A stretch of 64,000 bases of DNA from Mobula hypostoma (lineage: Eukaryota): assembly GCF_963921235.1 (NCBI RefSeq), contig NC_086109.1, positions 13,704,001 through 13,768,000 of the forward strand, read 5' to 3'. This document shows, one piece after another, positions 12,802 to 24,990 of the stretch. Position 1 is the stretch's first letter. Each line of letters starts with the position of its first letter. Under the pieces are notes generated by a model. The model was not told the DNA's origin. It was given only the letters and a program-made list of their open reading frames with translations, and did no database searches. The position numbers and the translations under genes were made by a program.

Positions 12802-13841
12802 GTAGGCAGTCAACTGGTTTAAAACTATGTCTGTGGCAACCATATTATAGCAATTACTTGAAAACAAAACAAAACCACTCGGAGACTGAGCATGGAGGTT
12901 GACACTGTATTACATGTTTCCAAAGTGATGAAGTTCCAAAGTCAAAAAATGTACATTTGATCCTTTGTTACTAAACCAGCAGAGGTGAACAATCTTATGG
13001 CAATAAAATTAAAACTAGCGATATAGGAAAATTAAGAAATAGGCAGTCTAATAATATTCCAATTAGTGTTCTAATAGCAGTATTAAGTGATCTTAGTGGT
13101 TGAGAAATTAACGATCGCATAATCAACCAAATAACGGTCAACGAAAAAATACCACCCCATGGCCCACTCCCTGGCTCTAACTCTCAACTAAGCCGAACTA
13201 AAAACAAAGTGAGAATACGTAACTATATTCATTTGCTTTTACCACACCTCAAACCAAAGGACAAATTGCCTACCCATATTAAACGGTTTGCCCCACCAAA
13301 TTCCCTATGACAAGATACCTGTTCAGACAGTTTTAGTTGCTGTTTAAGCATTTGTCGGATGTCAGTAGCGTTGCCTGTTGCCTTTCAACTGAATGATATT
13401 CCAGGCAATTAGGAAGGTAGCATGGACTATGTTAGATAATGGCAGCAACCTTGCTCTCTAAGGAATATCAATGAATCTATATCAATTTTTATTACCACCT
13501 AGTATTCCATGATCACCATCATTGATACTATTTTTTTGTTGCAGTGTGCTAATTTACTTGAACTACTGGTCTATGTATTGTCAGACCTCTAATACTAATC
13601 CAGTAAACGTAAGCATTTCGTGGCTGCGTCATCCAGGCAGTGCCCTGATCCTTGTTTACTTAAGCACTCATTTTCTTAAATCTGTTTGGATTTACATAAA
13701 TACCCTATATGTGCATGATTTGATTTGTCTATTTCCCCTTTTGGGAATCTAGGTTCAGTTTTCGGGGATTGTAACCCATCTACTTCAGTGGAACATGCCT
13801 CCTCTAGCACCCATTCTAGAAGAGACAATCAGGGCTCCTGA

Positions 13842-13978
13842 AGTCTTGATGAAGGGTCTCAGCCCAAAACGTCGACTGTTTATTCCTTTCCCTGGGTGCT
13901 GCCTGTTATTCTGTGTTCCTCCAGCTTTTTGTATGTGCTACTCTGGATTTCCAGGATCTACAGAATCTCTTGTTTTTA
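13842..13978 (+). mobile_element. Penelope-derived short repeat with degenerate hammerhead motif; other copies near 6705-6790, 10510-10577, 14831-14952, 21740-21935, 23397-23537, 30400-30500, 46540-46742, 48810-48915, 59595-59770, 59938-60130
   Basis: agtc-ttgatga-a-gggtctcagccc-aaaac-gtc-gact followed by the shared tail ...tgctgcctg...gttcctccagc. Confidence 0.8.
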
Positions 13979-14181
13979 AGCTGTACTGGGTTTGGATGAC
14001 TTCTTACTCTTTGGATCTCCTTCGAAGTGGACACTTTGTTGTACAGTTGCAGCAGTTGGTACTGAGTGTAGTGTAGAAGTTTCAAAGATGTTGCATTTGA
14101 CCTGATTAATGTTTGAGCCACATTTCAGATAAGCAGCCTGTGAGGTACTGTAAGTGACTAAATACTTTACACTTTTTACAG

Positions 14182-14514
14182 AAAAGCCTATAAATAGAAC
14201 AGAAGGCCCTGGAGAAATAAGGGTGAAGACTTTGGAAGAGATTCGCAGGGAAAAAGCTGCCAAGCGGGACCTTAATGAGAGCAACGGAGATGCCAGAGTT
14301 GGCATTGCTAGTGGTAGTACAACTCCACAGGCATACGCTTTGCTAGAGGAGGCATCGAAAATCATTCGGACTGTTCGGGTAAAGACTACATCAGACTCCC
14401 TATTGAAGAAGCAGGGAGAATGCCAGGAAGAGACTGTAATGGATAATTCAGCCACAGAACAGCCTGAAGCTGACCCAAGAAAGGACAAGAGGCCAATAGT
14501 TTCAACAGGCAAAG
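14182..14514 (+). CDS. ZC3H11A: ZC3H11A coding exon 11 (...GEIRVKTLEEIRREKA...)
   Basis: tacag acceptor, gtgtgt donor, 333 nt open frame, phase 1-1. Confidence 0.92.
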
Positions 14515-15315
14515 GTGTGTTCTATTTTTTTTGTTGCCTTATCAATAATTGATACCAGTTTTATGTAGCATTCTTTTTAATATTTGTGTTGTATTGACAG
14601 CCAATTCCATTTTCTATGGCAATGCACATAAATATATTTCCACTTCCACAGGGGCATGCTGATAATGGTGCATGCTTTTAGCTGTTTTTACTCTTCTGGA
14701 TTTGCCTCATTACATCCATGTGTGGCAGAGCATTCAGCCATTGTGCTTTTGCATTTCTGAAATTCTCCCCTCACTTTTTCACTTCTGACTTCTAAACATC
14801 TGTTCATAGTGTTCAACCCCTCTCCTTGATAAAACACAAGGTTCTGCAGATGTTGGAAATCTGGAGTAATACATACAAAATGCCATAGAAACTCAGCAGA
14901 TCAGGCAGCATCTATGGCGATGAATAAAGAGTTGACCTAATGGGCTGAGATGCTGGCCCGCCAGCATTTTGGTGTATTTCTCCTTGATTATATTGCTTCT
15001 CAATATTCATTACACTAGCTAAACCATATGGGATATCTTGCATTGTAATACCCTTTTGTATATATTTGTAGAACTTTCTTTGCCTTTGTGTACAGTTAAT
15101 TCATCAAATTTATTTGTTAACTATAGACTCTTATTTTTTTTGACATTTTTAATGCTTCTGGAAAAAATTTAAAATGCAGTTTTGCTTCACCTGAATATAA
15201 TCTTGCTTTTCACCTTTAACTCAATAAACTTCAGTTAACAAATTTCACGTCACATGCCAGTGATAATAAACCTGATTCTGATCCTCAGGACCTTCTAATC
15301 TGTATTGTTTTACAG

Positions 15316-15528
15316 TGAAATCTCAGAGGGTGTCTCCTGACGAAACGGTAGCAAAGCCAAAGTCACTAGAGCAAGTAAGGATTAAAACTTTGGAAGAGAT
15401 TCGACGTGAGAAGGCACTGAGGAGGCAGGAGATCCAGGAAAGTTCTGTGACGCAACAATCAGCTGAGAAGCCAAAGACGGAGGCTCCACCTACCAGAAAG
15501 AGACTGCTGAGAATCACTAAACCTTTGG
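15316..15528 (+). CDS. ZC3H11A: ZC3H11A coding exon 12 (...KSLEQVRIKTLEEIRREKALR...RLLRITK)
   Basis: tacag acceptor, gtgagt donor, 213 nt, phase 1-1. Confidence 0.94.
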
Positions 15529-16721
15529 GTGAGTTTGCTAAACTTTGATTTAATATTCACTGTTTACCTGTCTGCAAACAGTCCTCCCCGCATTTTAACA
15601 GACCACCTCCCTAACTGCTTCTTCAGTAATGCTATACTTCAAATCAGAAATGATCGGATCTTTTAAGAGACTCCTGGATAGGTACATGGAGCTTAGAAAA
15701 AGAGGGCTATGGGTAAGCCTAGGTAATTTCTAAGGTAAGGACATGTTCGGCACAGCTTTGTGGGCTGAAGGGCCTGTATTGTGCTGTAGATTTTCTGTGT
15801 TTCTAAATAGGAATGTGAATCTCTTCTGAAAACGTATAGAAATTTTTTTGCAGCCTTTTGCAAATGTTAAGTTTACTGGAAGTTACTGTCAGTAGAGTTC
15901 GGAATCTCACGCCAAGACCTGTTTCCCAGATGCTTTCAAGCATGAAAAGGGAAAACGTTCTTTTTTAACGAATTTGGAGTACGCAGTTTGTTGCCTCTAT
16001 ATGCATCTCCATGTATTTGTCACTGTGATGCATTGCGAGATTGGAATCAATTGTGTTTGCTTCACCACAAAGTGCTTTCAATGTATGCCTACATAAACTG
16101 CTGTGTCACATCTATAAGTCAATGCCTTCTGTTCCTTAAATGCAAGCCTTTCTAAGAATCAACAGCATTAATAATTTTGCCATATTCCCATCTTGTCATC
16201 TGCAAATCCATTTGCTTCAGCTAATGTAGATTTGTTAGCAAATGGTATCCCAAGAACTTCCCCATCAGAAACACAATTAGGAGTGAGCACAACCATTCTA
16301 AGTCCAAGCTACTGGAGGTTTTGAAATTAATCTTGAAACTGTGACCAAGTAATTTTGATTTGCATGGCTCTGTTAATGTTGTGCATTTCCATAACTGAAA
16401 AATGCAAACTTTGGAAGATGAGACCTTGAGCTAACCCCACTTGTTTCATTAAAAACAGTAATTATTTTTTAAGGCTTTTTAAAAAAATAAGTAAACTAAA
16501 TTACTGATTTATGTTGAGCGACATGTATGTAAACGTTTGTAGACATTAAGAGTTGAAATATGTGTACCTTAAACTCGGGCTTAATCTCTAAGGCATTGCA
16601 CAATGTGAAGAAATAAAGAGATTAGAGATTTATTTTAATGAAACCAATATAACTGGTTTTATTTGAAATGTCAATTTTTAATGGAAAGTATATTGCTTAG
16701 AAATGTACTCTTATTCTAGAG

Positions 16722-16794
16722 CTGAGTTTCTCAACCTGGGGTCCCCTTCCTCAATGGTATTGATCCATGCCATAATAAAGGTTGCAGACCCCTG
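16722..16794. mobile_element. 73-bp hAT (Charlie/Buster-type) MITE
   Basis: perfect 8-bp TSD TTCTAGAG (16714-16721 and 16795-16802); imperfect TIRs CTGAGTTTCTCAACC / GGTTGCAGACCCCTG. Confidence 0.85.
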
Positions 16795-17136
16795 TTCTAG
16801 AGGTTGAATTATTAAAGGCCAACACTCAATCGATAAAATCTGATGAAAGAAGTTTGTTTTTAACACAAATTTAGAAAGTTGTGAAATACATTAACAGGGT
16901 TAGTGTTAAATCCGTGGTTTTGGATGTTCACTGGATGAAGGTGAATTAAGGGATATGTGATCAGCATAGTCGTGTCAGGTTGGGACAAAAGATCATCAGT
17001 AAATTCACCTGGTTGTTTCTGTTACTTCAAGCTTGAATTTCATTTGTGTTTTTTTGTGTGTGTGTATAGTATTTTATGTATACATGTGTGTATATGTTCA
17101 AAGGCACTTTTATAATATTATATATCTTTTGCTAAG

Positions 17137-17228
17137 AAGTTGTCAAGCCAGAAAAGATTGATAAAGAACCAGTGGATGTACAATCAGTGGACAGTGCTGC
17201 CGAAGGTTACTCCAGAGAATCTCAGAAG
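17137..17228 (+). CDS. ZC3H11A: ZC3H11A coding exon 13 (EVVKPEKIDKEPVDVQSVDSAAEGYSRESQK)
   Basis: purine-rich open frame with AG/gttagt boundaries; 92 nt supplies exactly the phase 1 to phase 0 change needed between its neighbours; weak sequence conservation. Confidence 0.8.
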
Positions 17229-18074
17229 GTTAGTGCACTTTGACAAGAGACCAAAAATGTATTTCATCTTTTCAGTATTAAGAGTGATGATATAAAATCA
17301 AGTTGTATTTTACTGTAGGAATTGTTTTATAATTTGACTGAAATTGTTGGAAGAAAAGCAGCAACATATTAATTCTGAGTTAATTCTACTCTGCAGAAAA
17401 AAAATTGTGTATTGTCCTGGAGGCAGTTAGAAAATGCAAATGAAGCTTTTTGAGAGTGGACTAAAACAAATAGTGAATTGTAGGTTGTTACAGTGATCTT
17501 TATTCTCATCTCTGTAGTTGGCAACTGAAGGTCAAAGTGTTGAGGGACAAAAAGGCCAGGGAGAACAAATCACATTAACCAGTATCACAATGCTTTTTAA
17601 GTAAAGCTAAACAAAATTGGATTTGTTTCCAAAGGAGTGGAATTATAACACGAGGTTTCGCTGCCTTGTGCTGTATCTTGTGAAGAGTGTTTGTAGTACA
17701 CTGTCCAATTCTGATTGAGTGTAAATAATCATTTTAAGGATGCAAGAAAATATTTATAAGGATATTATCGGAACTGCAAAGTTATAACAATTAAGAGGTA
17801 AATGGAATCTATTCTTAAAAATGGTAAAATTAGAGGTCGTTATCAGTGTAAGCTTGTCAGTAGAAAATTTAAAAGGAATTTTTTCAAAATGCCAAAAAAG
17901 TAGAAATTTCTGTCACAGGGAACAGCTGGCATTGCAGCATTGATGTCTTTAAAGGGAAGTTATAAGCTGTGGAAATAAGGACAGGAGGAAGCTAAAAATG
18001 GATCAGAATGAACATGTTATGCCAAAATGGTCTGTTTTCTGCTACATTTTTAATGAAATTCTATCACTCTGTAG

Positions 18075-18384
18075 CTTGAAAGTAGAAAGGAAGCTTCAAG
18101 ATTGCAGAATGTGCAAGTCAAAAGCTTTGAAGAAATACTGAAGGAAAAACGCCTCAGACAACAACAGGAGAAGGAGAAGCAGCAGAGTCAAGCGCCAGGC
18201 AAAGAGGTGACTACAAACGAAACGGACAGTGAGATTCAGGTCCTGGAGAACAATAAACAGCTGACTGCTTCGCTGGATTTGAAGCCAAACAACTTTCTTG
18301 AAGTTGAACAACCGACTGTTAAGACGGAAGAAAACTTGACTGTTGCCAAACCTGAAACAGCAGAACCTGCACTTGCTTTGAAAG
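18075..18384 (+). CDS. ZC3H11A: ZC3H11A coding exon 14 (...NVQVKSFEEILKEKRLRQQQEKEK...)
   Basis: gtag acceptor, gtattt donor, 310 nt, phase 0-1, open frame. Confidence 0.88.
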
Positions 18385-20274
18385 GTATTTGTCCTAGGAT
18401 TACAGTTGCAGTTACAGGTGGTTGTTTACCCATGTATTTCAAAACTGCTCCAGAGAAGCTGGCAGATCTGATGCGCAATAATTTGAGTTAAAATAATACT
18501 GTACTAATATTTTTCACTTATTTCTTGGACCATAGTAAAGTGTGTGCAGCTGTTTCTCCTTCACACTGTCCTGCCCCTTTTTTTAAGATAAATGATCAAT
18601 GCAGATGTGTATGCAGCACTGATGTATTGACGTGCACATCTTCTGAGCATTGCTGGCAGATGTAGCATCTCATATGAAGCAGTCCTTGGGATGGGAGTGG
18701 GTGTCTGTAATCTTTCTGGTTGTGAACGCAAGCTATTATTTGTTAATCATTAATGGAAATTCTGTGCCAATTCTCCATATCCCTCTACTCTTTGTCTATG
18801 AAGTATTTACCTACCTCTACTTCTGATGAAGTAGCTGCCACCATCCTTCAGGGCAGAGAGAGAATTCCAGAGATTCGCCACAAACTGAGAAAAGAAGTTT
18901 CCACATACTCAGTTTTAAATGACTAAGCCCTTATTGCATGGTTATGTGCCTTTTTTCGACATTCTCCCACTGGTGAAAACATCCCCAGATCTACCCTGTC
19001 AAGCCCAAGTCTGATCTTGCATGTTCCCTCCTTGCAAGATCACTGGTGAATTTTTTTTGTACTGCCTGCAGTGTTACTATATTTTTTTTGGGTAAGGGAA
19101 CCAAAACTGTGCTCAATATGCCAGGTAAAGCCCTGTGCAGCTGAAACAAAACTTCTGTCATTTTAAATCCACCCCTTTGCAAAGAAAGCAAAAGTGCTGT
19201 TTTCCTTCCTTAATAGATAGCATTTTCCTTGCTTATATTGGGCTGACTGATCTTCTGGTTTTCTCCCTTCCTCCCTCTTCAAATACTAAAGTTGTATTTC
19301 CTTCTGATCTGATTTGGAGAAACCATTCTTTTTCAGTGTAATTTTAGAAGATGGCTACCAATGCATTTGTTATCTCCATAACTGCCTCTGTCTAAATTGT
19401 GGGAGGAAATTCATCAGATCTTGGAGAATTTTTGGTGTTCTTCCCCTTGAGTTTCTCCAGTTCTTTTTGCCAAACTACACTTCAACTCTTCAATCTCTCT
19501 TCACTCGTATTCCCCATTTTTTGAGAGGTTTTGTGTTTACTGTGACAACAGATGCAAAATGTGGTCAAGATTTGTTCAAGGTTTCCAGCATCTGCAGAAT
19601 CTCTTGTGCAAAATATGTTCAGTTTTTGCACAGTGACTTATTCCCCAATATTTCTTCTGTCTCATTTATTTGTGTGAGGTGGTGTAGTGGTTAACTTACT
19701 GAATTAGCAGCTAGAGTTTTGGTCTGTTGTTCAAATCTTCATATGGAAGCCGGGGAATTGAAGTAATTATTTAAATGTCTTGGGGGGGGGGGGGGCAGCA
19801 CCGGAGACTTGGAGCCACTCAAGATCTTGGAAGCTGTCTGTGTGGAGTTTGCACATTCTTGTCCATTTTTTTGCAGATCCCAAAGGTAGTTGCTAGGTTA
19901 ATTGGCCATGATAAATAGTTCTTAGTTTATAGGTAGTGATGGAATCAGAGGGAAGCTGATGGGGTGGCATGGTTAGCACAATGCTTTGCGGTGCCAGCGA
20001 CTCAGGTTCAGTTCTTGGCGCTGCCCACTAGATGTATGTACGTTCTCCCCCTGACCGCATGGGTTTCCTCCTGGTGCTCCGGTTTCCCCCCACTTTCCAA
20101 AGACTTGCTGGTTGGTAAGTTAATTGGCCATTGTAAGTTGTTCCATGATTAGGCTAGGGTTAAATTTGGGGCTGGAGGGGCCTACTCCATCTCAATAAAT
20201 AAAAAATAAACAATGTGGGAAGAATAAAATAAGTGGACTTGTATAGGATTAGTGTAAATGGTGAGTGATCGTTA

Positions 20275-20620
20275 CATAAGAACATAAGAAATAGGAGCAG
20301 GAGTAGGCCATCTGGCCCGTAGATCCAGCTCCACCATTCAATAAGATCATCGCTGATCTGACCATGGATTCATCTCCACCTACCTGCCTTTTCCCCGGAA
20401 CCCTTAATTCCCCTTCTACGCAAAAATCTATCCAATCTTGTCTTAAATATATTTACCGAGGTAGCCTCCACTGCTTCATTGGGCAGAGAATTCCTCAGGT
20501 CCACCACTCCCTGAGAAAAGCAATTCCTCCTCATCTCCGTCCTAAATCTACTCCCCCAGATTTTGAGGCTATGTCCCCTAGTTCTAGTATCACCTACCAG
20601 TGGAAACAACTTCCCTGCTT
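20275..20620 (-). mobile_element. CR1 LINE 3' fragment
   Basis: TRGHSLKI...FRTEMRRN.FSQ.VV.L.NSLP; acataaga tail repeats. Confidence 0.9.
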
Positions 20621-21279
20621 CCTGGGTTATGTGCTGTATCTCTGACTGTTAATCTTTTTACATTTGTATAGATCTAGTTTCTTTCTTACTCGATTACATA
20701 AGTTCTACATATTCATTTCTTTAAGTCCTTGCTGAATTGAAATTTTCCTAGAACTCAGCTTGTTGCTTTTTTTTTCCTCAACATTAGAAACATTGTCCAT
20801 TTACCTAAATGCTCCATAATCTGTCAGTCATTGCGCTATTTTTCCTTTTGGATTTTTGTTTTAATGCACTTTGTATGGTTGATCCAACTGCAATACTGCT
20901 GATGCAACTGAAGAGACTACTTATTTAAAGCATAATTGTTTAGGTTGTCAATCCAGTCTAGTGTGTAAAATGCCAACAATAATTTTATGTTCCTGTTTTT
21001 AAAAGAAAATTCCCCTTTCCTTCAGGTACCTCTCCCCATCTCTTACACTCAGTTATGATCCGTTTATTTAATACTCCCTTTTATTGTTTTTATTTAGTTC
21101 CTATCCTCTCTTTGCTCTCTCTCCACAAAATCTGATTCAAGATTCAATTTTCTTTTTTTTGTTGCACTTTTTTATTTGTCATTTCATTTTGATCTTGGAT
21201 TGACAAGCTGGCAGGTGCCTGTGTTTGAGGAGAATCCAGCTGAAACAAAAATGCAGAGGGAGAATAGTAAAGCAAGAGT

Positions 21280-21605
21280 CTGGATGAATCTCTGTGCTAC
21301 TCACTGGAATTCAGAAGAATTGGGGGTGGGGGGTTGTCCTCATTGAAACCTATTGAATGGTGAAAGGCCTCGATAGAGTGGCTGTGAAAAGGATGTGTGA
21401 TCTGTGGAATTTGTTGCCACATACGGCTGTGGAGGCGAAGTCATTGGGTATATTGACGGCAGAGGTTAAAAGATTCTTGATTAGTCAAGGCATGAAGGGA
21501 TATGGGGAGAAAGCAGGACATTGAGGCTGAGAGGAAATGGATCAGCCATGACAAAATGGTGGAGAAGACTCGATGGGCCGGATGGCTAATTCTTCTACTA
21601 TATCT
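21280..21605 (+). mobile_element. CR1 LINE 3' fragment, degenerate (similar pieces at 15655-15805, 22780-22932, 31640-32015, 57355-57560)
   Basis: similarity to other CR1 3' ends in the window. Confidence 0.75.
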
Positions 21606-22074
21606 TAACATCTTTGGAGCTGGTTACTGGTCCATTTTAATAAGGTTCATAAATTACCTTCTGATAGTATGGTTTCAAAGATTTATTAATTTTAATATAT
21701 AATAGCATATTGCATTGAGCAATATTTATTGAAAATTTAAAAATCCTGGAAATACTCACCAAATTGAGTCGCTTCTGTGGTAAATACAGAATTAGTGTTT
21801 CAGGTCAAAGACATGTCTTTATGTTCTCTTCTGCCAAAGGGCCTTAAACCTGAAACATATTGATTTCACAGATGATCCTTGAACTGCTAAATATTTCCAA
21901 CATTTTCTGTTTTGCTTTACATTTCAGGCATCTGTTTTTACATGGTTTTTCGCTGTATATTGCATCTGTTCATAATGAGCCACTTTTATTGGATAGACCT
22001 GTTGTGCATGTGATTTGATTAGGTTGTATCAGGCTTTTTTCTGATTCTCTAATGTCTCGTTATCTCTCTCACAG

Positions 22075-22250
22075 TGAAACCCAAATTAAATGTGAAACCG
22101 TCAGTAGTGAAGAACTCTTGTCCTGTGAGGATTGGCCAGAAACGCAAATCCCCAGACAACAATCCTTCAACTGTTATGGCAGTGAAACCCCTCAACTCCG
22201 TAACTACTGATCAGATGAAGCAGCCGCCAGCGGCTGAGAAGATTATTACT
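22075..22250 (+). CDS. ZC3H11A: ZC3H11A coding exon 15 (VKPKLNVKPSVVK...AVKPLNS...)
   Basis: acag acceptor, gtaaga donor, 176 nt; KPK.NVKPSVVK and AVKPL motifs. Confidence 0.94.
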
Positions 22251-23566
22251 GTAAGAACCTCTATTGTTTCAACCATGTTTCTTGTGGAATGATCTCAAAA
22301 ATAGTGGTTATTAACTTGGCTCAAAAGGTGCTTTCTAATTATCAAAAAAAACCAAATAGGTATATGGCTTCTGTCAACTTAAAATATCATGTCCCAGTGC
22401 AAAATGCACTTTAAATCTAAGGGTTGGATATGTGGCATGACGGTGGAAAATTCTGGCTTTTTATCTCTTCCAATACGCTTCTTTAGAGAGGTAGTCAGCT
22501 TTGGGAGACCAGGGACGGATTGGGAGACTTGTCCACAGCTAACCTTTGTCCCTGGTATTTTGTGCAATATGTATCCTAGTAAAATGCACTGCATTTTCTT
22601 GCCATTGCTATTCTAACAGTACCTTCCAAATCTATGATCTCTGCCACCAAGAATTGAAAAAATAGCAAGCACAACCCCTTCAAGTTGCACATCCTGGCTT
22701 GGAAATATATCACCATTCCTTCATGGCATTAGGTTTAAATCCTAGAACTAGCTACCTAACAACACTGTGAGTGTATACTTAAAGTGAGAGTTGATAGGTT
22801 CTTGATTAGTAAAGGTGTCAAAGGGAGCAGACGAGAGAATGAATTTGAGATGAAAAATGAATCAACCATGATTGAATGATGGAGCAGATTTGATGGTCTG
22901 AAAGTCTAATTCTGCTCCTATGTCTTATGGTCTAGTACCTTCACCAGGAGCACCGCAGCAGTTGATGAAGGCAGATTATTTGGGAATACTGGTTTTCCCC
23001 GTGACACCCTCAATCTGAAAATAAGGGTGGTATAATTAGGTTGCAACACTGGTTGAATTTTTTTTAATTATTTAGAATCTAAAACTTCCATCACCATGTG
23101 CATCTTGAGAAATGAGAGAATTTTTTTTTGTTTTAGAAGTATTAGTAAACTTGTAATATCCACATCTAATAGACAACAAAGTAAATCCTCATACTGTAGC
23201 CCAGGAGGAAGATGGATCTGCTTGCTATATTGGCAAATATTGCCATGACATTACATTTGTACTGTATTTTGAGTTCCAGCTGCTCCTCTTATCTATACAC
23301 TCAACAATACTCCAGCATTGTCCTCAGATTTCTTTGATTGTTCTTTCTGCAAGGATTGTGAAAAGTGCACCTTATAATATTTTTCTGATAATCGTGTCCA
23401 GATGAATGGTCTTGGCACCAAGCTTTAGCTGTGTGCTCCTCTCTGTAGAAGCTGCCTGACCTGCTGAGTTCCTCAAGCAGTTTATGTATATTTTTTTGCT
23501 CTGGATTTGCAGCATCTGCAGAAATCTCTTGTGTTTATAATATTCTAAATATATTTTTCCCCTCAG

Positions 23567-23625
23567 TCTGGGCCACTGCCTCTCCAGGAGGAAGATAAAA
23601 CACCTTCAGAGAGATCCAAGGAAAG
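23567..23625 (+). CDS. ZC3H11A: ZC3H11A coding exon 16 (SGPLPLQEEDKTPSERSKE)
   Basis: cctcag acceptor, gtaaga donor; 59 nt gives the phase 0 to phase 2 change required by the last exon. Confidence 0.82.
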
Positions 23626-24563
23626 GTAAGATCTCAATAGTATTATCCTGGATGGAATGTCTTTACCTTCAAATCTTGTAATCCTGAAAATATCTGACAA
23701 GCCACTCAGTTCTCAGGTAGTTTGGGGTGGACTGGAATTAAAGACACTCGAAAAAGGATAACCATGGAGAGGAAAGTACCACGGTGAGTGAAACACTGAG
23801 AGCAGAAGTTAACAAGGAGAGAGGCTGCGAGGTAACCCACTTCGCAGTTTACTTAGAAGAATGCAGAAATGATTGTGAAGTAAATGGTTTGGGGTGAGCA
23901 AGTGGAGCACCAGCAAAAATTAGATATCAGAGCAAACAAATCCCAAGAATAGGCACGGGTGCAGACATATTTAAAGGCCGGCAGCATTGCTCTTTGTCTC
24001 AAGCACAAAGGGATATGGGAGTAATTTGATTCAGCAGGATTGTGCATGGATGCAGTCTAATGCAGTGCGTTCAGTTTCAAGCACTGCATCCCAGTGAATG
24101 TACATGGATCTTGGAAGCAATAGAGTATGCTGGTAGCGTGCGTCGTTGTGTTTACTGTTTTGATGGTATTTAGCATCTGGCCGGAGAGCTTTCCTTGACT
24201 GGGTTGTGTTGCAGTAAATAACAGTAACAGAATTGGCATAGCATAGAGATTAGTGTAACATTATTACAGTGCCTGCTGTAGGATCAGGGTTCGATTCCAG
24301 GTACTGCCTGTAAGGAGTTTGTACGTTGTCTTCCCATGTTCCAAAGAGACACGGTTAGGGCTAGTGAGTGTGGACATGCTTTGTTGGCACTGGAAGCATG
24401 GCGACATTTGTCCAGCACAGTTCTCACTAATTTGCTGTTGATGTATTTCATTGTACAGGTATGTTTGATTGACATGTGACAAATACAACTAGTCTTTAAA
24501 ATCTTTTAATCTTTAAGTATTCAAAGTATTTTCAACGAAAAAGAAATAAATGATTACAGTTGA

Positions 24564-24836
<273 letters not shown>

Positions 24837-24954
24837 AATGTGTTGGGTATTTTTCTGGACCTACTCAAACCAATTTCAACCGCTTCTGGAATTTCCTGGA
24901 TGATAAGAAACTGGTCTAGAGTTTTGTATTCGACTAGAATGTCTATTTTTAAGG

Positions 24955-24990
<36 letters not shown>

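Noticed and set aside
13976..14512. 178-aa - strand ORF (similarly 24566-25039)
   Set aside because: Antisense shadows of ZC3H11A exons with no independent coding signal
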